Shown here in pieces: positions 1-10,768 of a stretch of DNA of 64,000 bases. The notes below the pieces were generated by a model. The model worked only from the letters and a program-made list of their open reading frames with translations, made no database searches and was not told where the DNA came from. This stretch comes from Podarcis pityusensis (lineage: Eukaryota), in NCBI GenBank assembly GCA_964106645.2, contig OZ067040.1; one strand, 5' to 3'. Numbering within the stretch: position 1 is the stretch's first letter; each line of letters opens with the position of its first letter. Both the position numbers and the translations under genes were made by a program.

Positions 1-369
1 GAGAGTTTATGTTTATGTTATGTTCATGTTAAAAAATAAATGCCATCATTCAGTGATCAGATACAATCAGTTACAGCATTGCAGTTTATGCAATTTCATA
101 ATTATACTGGCTCTTTTAAAAACTTGACACAACTTGCCTTTGGCACTGATAGAATAAACGGAAGAATTTTGCTTGACACTGAGTTTTTGGGGTTTTTTTA
201 GATTGAGGAAGCAGCTTCATTGTGCCATTTGTGTTGTAATGACTATATCTCCCATTCATCTCTTCCTCTTGGAAGAGAATCAAGTTGTGGAAGTGTCTGG
301 TATTTGTGATGTGAGAGCAGGATTTTATCAGTACGTTAGAGCATGATTTTTGCATTTGTAATAAGAAAG

Positions 370-810
370 AAAACTATGCTTGAGTCTGCACAAGTGTAAT
401 GACATCAAAACAGAGCCAAAACTTGGTAGACTGCTGATGCTGATGCTGGTTTGTCAACCGCCCTGCTGCCCAGCAGCATCCCTGACCAAACTGTCCGGAG
501 TGGTCTCTGGCATGGGATTGGAGAACCACTGGACGATAGTTCAGTGTGACTTCAACATCCATGTGGAGGCTGCCATTGGGCCAGCACAGGACTTCATGGG
601 CTTCATGACAATCATGGTGCTGTTTCAAATGGTCATCAGGCCAACACATTTTGCAGGACATATTCTTGATGTAGTCTTGATAGGAGGTATGGACTAAAGG
701 TAGTGGGATACAGTGCACTCCCTTGTCATAGTTGGAGTTTGGTGCTACCTTGCCTACATACAGAATCCAATGACATCTGGAGGACCACAGGTTCCTCACC
801 CCTGGCATAG
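370..810 (+). mobile_element. Degenerate L2/CR1-clade LINE fragment (AP endonuclease domain)
   Basis: ORF 380-697 retains decayed APE motifs: LVCQPP (YRPP-like), CDFNIH (GDFNIH-like) and PTHFAGHILDVV. Confidence 0.7.
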
Positions 811-1511
811 TCTCAGAGGTGTTTTATTTCCCTGCAATGAAATGATTTTTTAAAAAGCTTTGTCCATGTAGTGGAACAGAAGAATTCGTGTTGATCCATG
901 ACCTATAATTCTTTTTGTGTAAACAGAAATGTATTTGTTTAGTTTATATTTAAAAGAACCTGAATAATTATTTAAATATTGGACATACGCATGGTGCTTA
1001 CTGAATCTTTTTTAAAAATAATAATAACCTGCAACCTACTACTTTTTGTGGTTTGCTAAGAAGGTGTGTGTTTTGTTTTGCTAGAATTTCTGCAAAACAA
1101 AAGCTCTGATTACTTTTCAAGTTTTGGTGTTGCTGAGTGGGGTGTGAGAAAGAGATACGACGTTTTAAAATGAGTTATTACTTTCAACAAATGTGGGGTT
1201 CCTGTTTCAAGTTTGCCAAGATAATAGGTAATGTGTGGGTAGGAGGCCCAGTTACTGAGGAGAATTGATGAGAGGGTTGCTTAATCCTCCTACATGCTGC
1301 AGTGCATCTGTCCTCCCTCTGGCTGTTTCCTCCCAGATGGCATTGCTTTAGATTTTGGTGTCTGGAGGAGGTATTTGGTTGGGAGAATTAGTGGTTAGGG
1401 AAAAGATTAGGTACCCTCTTCTTGCCTACCAGTGCTTCTCTGCAAATACCCTCTGTCCCCTGCATCATAAGGTGAACACGGGGTAGTTTGCTCTTACTGT
1501 CTATTCAACTA

Positions 1512-1742
1512 CAGTGGTACCTAGGGTTACATACGCTTCAGGTTACATACACTTCAGGTTACAGACTCCGCTAACCCAGAAATAGTACCTCTGGTTAAGA
1601 ACTTTGCTTCAGGATGAGAACAGAAATCGCGCGGCGTCAATGGGAGGCCCCATTAGCTAAAGTGGTGCTTCAGGTTAAGAACAGTTTCAGGTTAAGAACG
1701 GACCTCTGGAACGAATTAAGTACGTAACCAGAGGTACCACTG
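1512..1742 (+). mobile_element. Tc1/mariner (Tigger-like) MITE, copy 1
   Basis: TIRs CAGTGGTACCT...AGGTACCACTG, TA duplication on both sides, internal TTCAGGTTA repeats. Four copies in the window. Confidence 0.9.
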
Positions 1743-3193
1743 TATTTGTAAAGGGTATGGCTTTAAAACACCATTTTCTTTCTGCAGTTTCTTGGAATCT
1801 TTGAACTTTTATTAGGCTTTTAAAACTCAAATCTTTCTTGCCTGATTAACTTTTACAGGTAGGTCTTTATTTTTCACTCTTCTGCAAGCCCTGTGAAACC
1901 AGGAAAGAATAAGTTTAATTGTAAAGAATTTGAGTATCTCTAGAAGCCCAAGCTTTGTTCTGCTAAATATAAGTGTTTAATGAAAAGAAACACATCATTT
2001 TCACACATTGTGTTAGATTTTTACATATAAGGAAATCATGAAAAATACACGGTCTGAGGAAGTAAAATGTTTCACTCTTGTTCTTTAATTATCAACCTTA
2101 TCTTCATATCTCTGCTTTAAAAAGACAACTACAAATGAAAATAGCTTTTAAAAGTAAATATAAAATTGATATGTATTGGCTTGAAAACTAAGTTGCTCTT
2201 CTGTTCACATGGGGAGGGGCATTTCTGAAGGTTTCTCCCTCTATCTGTAGCTCCATGCACAACTTTCCTCACTATTGCCAAGGTTCTCTCTCGCCTTCAT
2301 CTCATTTAATGACCAAAATGCATGGATATCCATGCAGTAAAAGCTTTGTTTTGAAAATACTGCAGAACTATGTACTGAGCTTTGTTCTGATACTGGAGGT
2401 TTCTTTATTCTTTTTATTATTTTTTTAGGGAGTGGGGAATTATGTTACCAATTGCCGGCATATATCCATAAACAGTTTTTGAAAAGATGTGCAAAAAGGC
2501 TGTGATAACTGGTTTACAACAAAACTATTATTTGTGTGGAACTGATGTCAGATCAGTTGCATTTCGCTAATACTGATTCTCACAGGCTCAGCAACTTGAT
2601 GACTAGGTGAAGTGAGCTTCACTCACCTGAGTGAAGGAGACCTAGTAGCAATGTATGTTACCAGCCAGAAGAAGAAATAAGGGAAACAAAAAATCCATTT
2701 GCTCCTTGATGCTTTATCTGTGCCAATAAATATTGTCTCTAGGCGGGCATATAATTAAAGAAAGAAAAATAACAGATGATTGATGTGTTCTCATGAGCGC
2801 ATGCAGAGGCACAATGAGGATGGAAGTATTCCCATGAAGAAAAAACAAGGTGTATTCATCAGATCTATCCCACATGATAAAATATATCCATATTGTAAAT
2901 GAGGTTCTTCCAAGGCTGTATTTAGATGATCATATATTGGCTTATTAAGTTGGGATATACACAAGCCTTTTGCTCGCACAGGTACCCCCTTTGCTCATCC
3001 TTTTATCAGTTGTCACAATTAAACCAGGAAGTTTATCATTAATAATATTTTGCCATTTTGTCCAAACTAGGCAAGTCTATTTACCAGCTTTGGAACAGGC
3101 CAGCGTATTAAACCATAGTTTTAAGCTGGATTGATACCTTGGCTTCCTAGAAATTTCAGAAAGAAATACTTGAGAAATTAAAGTGCCTTGAAG

Positions 3194-3322
3194 CAGTGCT
3201 ATTTTCTAGAAAAAGCAGTGCCGGAACTCAGCACAAACACTTCCCATGTTCTCTTATAATGGTAATGGCGCCCACCTGAAAGGTGCTGGAACTGAGTTCC
3301 AAATGAAGAAAAAAAAGCCCTG
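3194..3322. mobile_element. Short hAT-type MITE
   Basis: Imperfect TIRs CAGTGCTATTTT / AAAAAAGCCCTG and an 8-bp TSD CCTTGAAG / CCTTGGAG. Confidence 0.7.
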
Positions 3323-3768
3323 CCTTGGAGTATATTCAGGCTAGCTTAATGTTATCATTAAAGAACTACATTGTGGGCATCTGTGTGTCTTGAGAGACAA
3401 TGGAGGGGGTGAAGTCAAACTGTTGGAAGGTTGCAGTGCCTGCTGCAGTACGGGAGAGACATGTTTCATTGCAGCTGTTACAGATGCACCATGGCGTTTC
3501 TTCTCCCTGCACTCCTCCCAGCAGTCATTCCCCCTTTGGTCACTGCTGTGGATACACGACCTGTCTGTCTGTCTTCAGGCACTGCGGTCATCTGCAAAGA
3601 ATTCCCACACAGCAGGGTTGATGTTGCCAGCCTTCCTGTTTGCAGACATGTTTGTAACACAGAGCTGGTTTCAGGCTATATATCAAAATTTCATCTCTGT
3701 CCCTGCAGGAAACAAACAACTTGGGGAACAGTAATAGGCAAAGACACATATTCTTGAGAAGCCTAAAC

Positions 3769-3906
3769 TTGGCATAGGCAAACTCGGCCCTCCAGATGTT
3801 TTGGGACTAAAACTCCCATCATCCCTAGCTAACAGGACCAGTGGTCAGGGATGATGGGAGTTGTAGTCCTAAAAAACATCTGAAGGGCCGAGTTTGCCTA
3901 TGCCTG
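3769..3906. mobile_element. Palindromic hAT MITE (GGGAGTTGTAGT family)
   Basis: Almost fully self-complementary; 8-bp TSD GCCTAAAC / GTCTAAAC. Confidence 0.85.
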
Positions 3907-4127
3907 GTCTAAACAATGTTTTATGATGGTCTGTACCTTAATGTGGATGCACTTGAGGATGTAGTTGGAGAATCCTCACCTCTTTCATTAAGTATAATAT
4001 TTACAGAAATAGTCCAGCTTCTTGTTGTTTACACCTATGTAGATTAGAGCATGATCTGAGGAATATATTTTTAGTTCCTTTAGAAGAGGAGCATTAGAAT
4101 GAATAGCAAGAATAAAATCTTTTTAGA

Positions 4128-4465
4128 ACCACAGAGCCTAGGGCTTGCCGATCAGAAGGTTGGCGGTTCGAATCCTCGCGACGGGGTGAGCTCCTGTTGT
4201 TCAGTCCCAGCTCCTTCCAACCTAGCAGTTCAAAAGCACGTCAAAGTGCAAGTAGATAAATAGGTAGCGCTCTGGCGGGAAGGTAAACGGCGTTTCCGTG
4301 CACTGCTCTGGTTTCTCCAGAAGCGGCTTAGCCATGCTGGACACATAACCCGGAAAAACTGTCTGCAGACAAACGTCAGCTCCCTTGGCCAGTAAAGCAA
4401 GATGAGCGCTGCAACCCCAGAGTCGTTCATGACTGTACTTAACTGTCAGGGGTCCTTTACCTTTT
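4128..4465 (+). mobile_element. Sauria SINE, 5'-truncated
   Basis: GCCTAGGGCTTGCCGATCAGAAGG, B box GGTTCGAATCC, and 3' tail GGGGTCCTTTACCTTT. Confidence 0.9.
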
Positions 4466-4524
4466 TTTTTTAATCCTTAGTAAATGTGAACTTTATGCAT
4501 GAGAACTTTGTATTTGAAAGCCAA

Positions 4525-4732
4525 TGTTGCTGTAGTTGTTGAACTGAGACCCAAGGTTTGAACTCCCTGGCATGAAGTTAATTGGGTGTCCTTGGGCTAC
4601 CCACTATCTTTTAGCCTTCTGCACATCACAGGGTAGCCAAACAAACATAAAAGGTGGGGTGGGGAGGAAGAGGGAGAATCATGTATGCCACCTTGAGTGC
4701 CTTGAAAGACAGGATATAAATGAAATGAATAA
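4525..4732 (+). mobile_element. Degenerate tRNA-derived SINE (Squam3-like)
   Basis: GGGTGTCCTTGGGC core and tail ATGTATGCCACCTTGAG...GGATATAAATGAAATGAATAAA, shared with the copies at 26.1 and 45.2 kb. Confidence 0.55.
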
Positions 4733-6805
4733 ATCTTACAAGCTGGATAAAAACTGTAGCTTCAGGATAAGCCTTTTGTGACAGGCTTATGCTAGGTTTA
4801 GGTTTGATCCAGACCATTCAAGTCAGGAAGTTGCACAGGCCATTCATATAAAATACAATATGAGCCCACATCTGTCCTCCACATGTTGTGCTTTTTTAAT
4901 ACAAGCAAAGCATAGTCATCACTTTTTCTCACCTATAGAAAAAAATGCCTATGACACCAACTTTAAACAATTTGATTTGTAGGAGCATTCTGTTTTTGTG
5001 AGACATACTTAATAGCTGCATCCTGAGCCTTGTTGATTTGGAGGGACAGGAGAGAATACTCTGCTGATACAGTAAATCTAGGTTTTCTTTCTTTAATGAA
5101 ACTCCTACACTGGTTGCTAGAGTAAGCTGAAAACGAAAAGGGAAGAAACGTAGCATATAATTCTGTGGACTTCAGAAAAACACAAAATCCTCCGAAAGCA
5201 TCTATCAAAGTGATTTCAATCCAATGATCCGGTACAAAGTCAAAAGATGTAAGCTGTTCTAATCCAGTGCTTTCAGCTGCTTAAGATCCAGCCTCCACAG
5301 CTAGTTGCGAGGGACCAGCTGACAAGTTCTTCAAAGCATCGAAGCAAGAAAGCCCAGCAGTGCCTAGCGACAGAGCTCTTCAGAGGTTTTCAAACTGACA
5401 GCTGTTTGCTTTGGGTTTATATACTACAAAAACAATTCAGGTGGTGAATAACGTAAATGGCACCATGTTCCAGTCCAGGAGTTTTATTACAATGAATTTA
5501 GCTTTGGGCAAGCTGCCATAATCAGCACAATTTGACAAGAAATTCACTATAGATATATAATTCCCCCACCCCCAGAAATAGCATGCATCATTTATGCTGC
5601 AAGATTCATGGACTACATATAGCAGTACCCAATAAAATTTTATGATAATGTAAAATATTATTCTATTTTATAGGTTTTGCCTCAGTGATTTTGCTTCTCT
5701 GAAACAACAATTTAACTCATACCAATTTAAATACTGTTAACCAGCTAGAGACCTCATCAGTACGTTTTCACTATCAAAATCTTGTTTCAAGGTGCTGCAC
5801 ATAGTGGATAGTAGACACATACGAATGGCAGTATTGGAGGATACTTAATTTTACTATAGGCTTTATTTATGAAAATAAACAATATATTTATTTAAAGATA
5901 CAGGAAGGTTCTGTAAACTACATCTGTGAAGTAGTACTAGCAGGGCAGTACTTCGGGGCATAATGAACAGGAAGGCCCTCAAATGTAGCCCTCTTGTAAA
6001 ACAATTAAGTCCAGAGCATAAAATTACCTAACCATGCTATTGCACCTGTGTGTCATACTGTAATGAGACCATCTCAGAGCCCCATGATAACAGGATGCAA
6101 AAAGATGGCATGAATTAAGAGAGATGGTGCTCTCCCCAACCTTTTCCAGATGCAGTCTTCTGTTGGGCACTTGTGCGATGGGAGGTTAAGGCAGGGATCT
6201 AGTTTAGTAGTACTCACCATCTTCAAACAGAAGAAACTGAAGTTGCTGTAAAGGCTTCTAAATTTTCCCTTTCATCGTGTAGCTCTCTAGTAGTAGTAGT
6301 CTAAAAAGCCTTTTAGTGTACAGATTTTCAATTTGATATGACTGTCTCTAAAAAGCTCAGATTTGTCTTACTGGGTGATAGACAAATGTGAAGGGAGTAC
6401 ACAAGACAAGCCGCTCTCAGTGGGATTGCTTCCAGCAGTGACAGTTGTCAGATATTGATGGTACATACAGCAACTGACTATAGAGGCCGAGAAAAATGGA
6501 AGGAGAGCACCCAACTCTGTGACTGCTTTTGCAGGACTAGATTCTTTATGTAACTGGCAACAAGCAGGATCATTTGGGTCCACGTCTTTGTGGATATGAA
6601 TGTCTTACATTTTAATGTAATACTTTGATACATTCTGACATTTGTGGGGTAGCCACTATGAAAGATATCGCAGTGTTTTCTGCCTTGGCTTTTAAAAGAG
6701 GAAAAACAGTTGAGTATTGCCCACCTATTTAAATATATATATTTTTAATTGTTGTTTCTGAAATAAACCTGGCTTTTCATTGCCAAAGGCTAACATAATA
6801 GATTA

Positions 6806-7067
6806 CCGTATTTTTCGCTCTATAAGATGCACCAGACCACAAGACGCACCTAGTTTTTGGAGGAGGAAAACAAGAAAAAAAAAAAAATTCTGAATCTCAG
6901 AAGCCAGAACAGCAAGAGGGATGACTACGCAGTGAAAGCAGCGATCCCTCTTGCTGTTCTGGCTTCTGGGATAGCTGCACAGCCTGCATTCGCTCCATAA
7001 GACGCACACACATTTCCCCTTACTTTTTAGGAGGGAAAAAGTGAGTCTTATAGAGCAAAAAATACAG
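6806..7067. mobile_element. Tc2/pogo-like non-autonomous DNA transposon, short copy with internal hairpin
   Basis: TIRs CCGTATTTTTCGCTCTATAAGA / TCTTATAGAGCAAAAAATACAG with TA TSDs. Confidence 0.85.
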
Positions 7068-7620
7068 TACTTTCTCCCCTGCTCAGTTTTAAAGACTATA
7101 CAAAGATACCGTTATTGATGGTGGGTGTGGGTGGAGGGATGGTGTGTATGCTGAACATATAGAATGTAGCCTGTGACCTGACTGTCCGTGGCTGGTTTCT
7201 GCAATAATGTCAGCACATGTTTTAGCTGACAGTGAAAATGTATATGGTCTCCATACAAATTTATCTAAAAATGTATCCTAAGTAGGGATGGACCAAGTGT
7301 TGCTCCAAATTTGTGGCTCCATTTACAGGCATCTAATTTGAAGCATGATTTCTTGTGCATTTTCGGGAGGATGGTGAAATTTGGGGCAACTACTAATCTT
7401 TAGGAGTACCATTGGGAATCTTCCATTTTTCGTTTTAAAAAATATTTTATTCTGGGAACAGTACAGCTGCCATTTTCTTTCCCCCTGATTGCTCCAGACT
7501 CAGACAGTTTTGGGTTCTCTGCAATCTCCCTATCCTCCTTTATCACACATTTGACTCCCTTGTCAAAGGGTCCAGCTGCCTTCCTAGCCAATCTCCTGTT
7601 ACTAATGTATTTAAAATGGA

Positions 7621-7757
7621 TAGGGGATGATGACTTGTGGCTCTGCAAATGCTGTTGGATTGCAAATGCTATCTCCCATCAGCCCCAGACAGTATGGGGT
7701 AATTGGGAACTGTAGGCCAGCAATCTATCTCTGAAGGGTCACAGGTTTCCCATCCCT
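7621..7757. mobile_element. Old degenerate palindromic hAT MITE
   Basis: Residual CTCCCATCAGCCCC...TGGGAACTGTAG arms. Confidence 0.5.
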
Positions 7758-8637
7758 ACATTAAGATGCTTTTGCACAGCATATCAACAATGTAAATTTT
7801 AATAAGGTGACCTTATTATGCTGAGAAGTTAAAGTGAGAGTTTAATGGAATAGGCTAATCATCTGGGGTGGATTGTTTGATGGGGAAAAGATCTACGCTA
7901 TCTTCAGAAATATATTTTTGCCTTCTTTCTGTGTGACTTTTGAATTAGGTCCATGTGAACGCACACTAGCTACTTGTTTCTGCAATCACATGTTTTGTGC
8001 ATGCCATAAACAATTTATTAGTTCCCAGCAGGTGTCAAACCACCTCCTTACTGGATTTTTCTGCATAACATCAAAATCACTCCTCCTGCTTCGAAGTTTT
8101 AGCTTTTGAGAAATGATCAAATATTATGTTCTTTTTATAATTAATTATATAGAAATTGACAAATAGACTTCATCATTAACTATTGCCATATAATATTGCC
8201 ATATTTGGATATTGATTTATGGAAATAAGATTACTGTCTGTTAATGTGTGGAAAAGAGAAATGTTTGAGAGACATTTCTCTCACTTACAAATGGTCTCTT
8301 CAGCTACTAGTTCCTTTTTTGCAGCTGAAAAGGTAGTGTCGTCATAAATACAGGCTCTACTTGGAAGGTTTTAGGGACTGATTGATGGGACATGCAATCA
8401 CTGTGCCATGCATTTGGCAATCAATTTTTGTTTTGCCAATTATTTGACTCTAGGAAATTGTAGAAAAACGTAAACCTATCTACTAAAATTTTGTCATAAT
8501 GGTTTTCTTTCAACAATTCATCCTAATGGGATGAAACATAGCTTTACTTAGTTAAGCTAAGAGTACACAGCATGATATATACTCTGCACTTTTCTATTAA
8601 AGATCAATTACCATGAACAATAGCTTAAAGTACCCTT

Positions 8638-8640
<3 letters not shown>

Positions 8641-8712
<72 letters not shown>

Positions 8713-8735
8713 CTGTCCGTGTCCGTCTGTCTGTG
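8641..8735. repeat. (GT)n microsatellite with a GTCT/GTCC tail
   Basis: Seen directly. Confidence 0.95.
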
Positions 8736-9589
8736 TAATATATGAAGTGAGGTGGATGATGTAAGAATTATCATGTCCAATCCATTAACAACAACTAGAA
8801 ATACAACAATTTGGTGTTTTAAGGCAATGGTTTTAAAGCATTAGAGCTCAAAAATATATGAAGTCAGATTATTGGCACAATATATCTGTAGAACCAGACT
8901 TGTAGAACAATTGCAGGAATGGGGCAGCCCAGATCTTAATTTATTTCTGTCCTTGGAGAGGCAGGACAAGGACTTTTCCACGTGAAGCAAGTATGTTCCC
9001 TAGATTCCCATGTTATGGAGGACTTTATTGTGGACTTTCAGTTCGTGCTGGGATGCAGATATACTAGAAACATAATGTGGTCTCAGGGTCAATCTGCTCT
9101 TGTGACATGGTTTGCCCTCCTTTAAATGTGCTGTCCTGGGAGACTACCCAGTCTGCCTCTATGGCTGGCCTGGCTCTGCCAAAAATACAGACATGTTGTC
9201 TTACCTCCCCCAAATCACACACTTTAAAATCATTGCAGAAACATCATGTAAATGTAGAAGATAATCCAGTTAACAATTTCAATAATTTCAAGATCAGTGC
9301 TGTCCCATATCTATAGCCATTCATCACCCTAGTAAAAGAATTCCTGAGAAAACTGTCTCCTTGTACTTAAATTACCTAGTTGTATCAATTTTAACTTGCT
9401 CCTTCTATTCTGTAATATTTTAGCTGTGGCAGGAGAAAAGTACTTGTTATATCCTATCATGTTTGGTTGAACTAGGAAGAAATTCAGGTTTTACCTCCCA
9501 GATGGAGTTAGTGCAGAAACATTCTAAATATTCAATTGGTGTAACACTGTGTGTGTGTTTGTCTAATGAGGTTAAGAAGAGCACTTAGT

Positions 9590-10768
9590 TTATGATACTT
9601 CATTTTATATTTTATTCAGCATTAAGACCAATATCTTTCCATAATTAAGTGTATGTGTGTGAAAAGTTTGTTCCCAGTTAAAAGCGGAACACATATAACT
9701 TTCGATCAAGGCACATACAAGACTGGCCAAAGGGCGTTCAATGCACTTTGGTTTTCATTTGGGGAATAATAGTTATGGCAACAAAATGTCTTGGGTATTA
9801 AACATTAAATAGATCACAACTAAGTAGAAAGCCAGATCAAAGTATCTTCACTTGTGTGTTTGTTAATATTCGGATAACTGTGATAGCAATGGGCAATATT
9901 CTCAATGGCAGTTGAAATATGTATAGTATACATTTAATTGCATATATAGTATATGCTTTCATGACATTAGAAGAACTGCAGTTAGCAATTATAAACGTTC
10001 TCTTATAGAATGATGAATAAATTTAGGTTTGGACATTTATATGTTTAGGGTAGTCTTAGATTTTATTTTTCATAAAAATAAGAGCTGACCCTGCTTTTAT
10101 GCATTTAGAACAGTAATATGTGCTTTATTCTTGTTTCATCTGCCCTACCTAGACAACAGCTATCTGCTGCAGTATCCTTTTACTTACAAATCTGGTTATA
10201 GCTAAGTAACTGGTATTGCCCACTACTTTTCACATTAGGTTTTTAGTTGTTTTATGTATTTCATATACCCAAGATTGTATTTTGATCAATTTCGCAGTCA
10301 CTTCTGAACATTTTCAGTTTGCCAGGTTTAACCTTTTACGAATACCAAAGTGAAAATGGCCTGTGCTTATACTTACAAGGATCTCAAATGTATGCAAAGT
10401 CCTGATTGTTCAACACAGCAAGAAAATTCACTTTCACAGTCAACAAGTCATCTTACTCAGTAGAACACAAAAGTTAAATGGTCTGTAATTTCAATATTAG
10501 CAAGGAAAATACAGTACAAATTACTAAAAAATACTAAAATATAGAATTGTTTTCAGGCATCCTTGCTACATTAATCGCAGCAGTCACCTGAAATTTGAAA
10601 CTTTTAATAAAAAGTTCTTAAATATAAATTATATGGCAAATGTACAATACATTGCTTATTCAGTCTTTTAATCCAGTGTTCTGCAGTAGGCCAGCAACCT
10701 TTTCAAGTTGCCATTCTTTGTGAGAAGGGAAAAAAGAAACCACCACAAGTCTTTAATTTCCTTTAGTA
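9590..10768 (-). other. FLRT3: FLRT3 3' UTR with polyadenylation signals
   Basis: AU-rich, repeat-free sequence follows the stop. AATAAA occurs on the minus strand at 10129-10124, 10067-10062 and 9616-9611. The 3' end is inferred from the most distal signal. Confidence 0.6.

Noticed and set aside
1520-1700. Regularly recurring TTCAGGTTA motifs resembling a repeat-spacer array
   Set aside because: These are internal repeats of a MITE present four times. The DNA is eukaryotic, with no cas genes and irregular spacing.
3390-3757. Cluster of overlapping 60-114 aa ORFs
   Set aside because: No domain similarity or clear exon structure. The block is slightly GC-richer and may be regulatory, but coding is unsupported.
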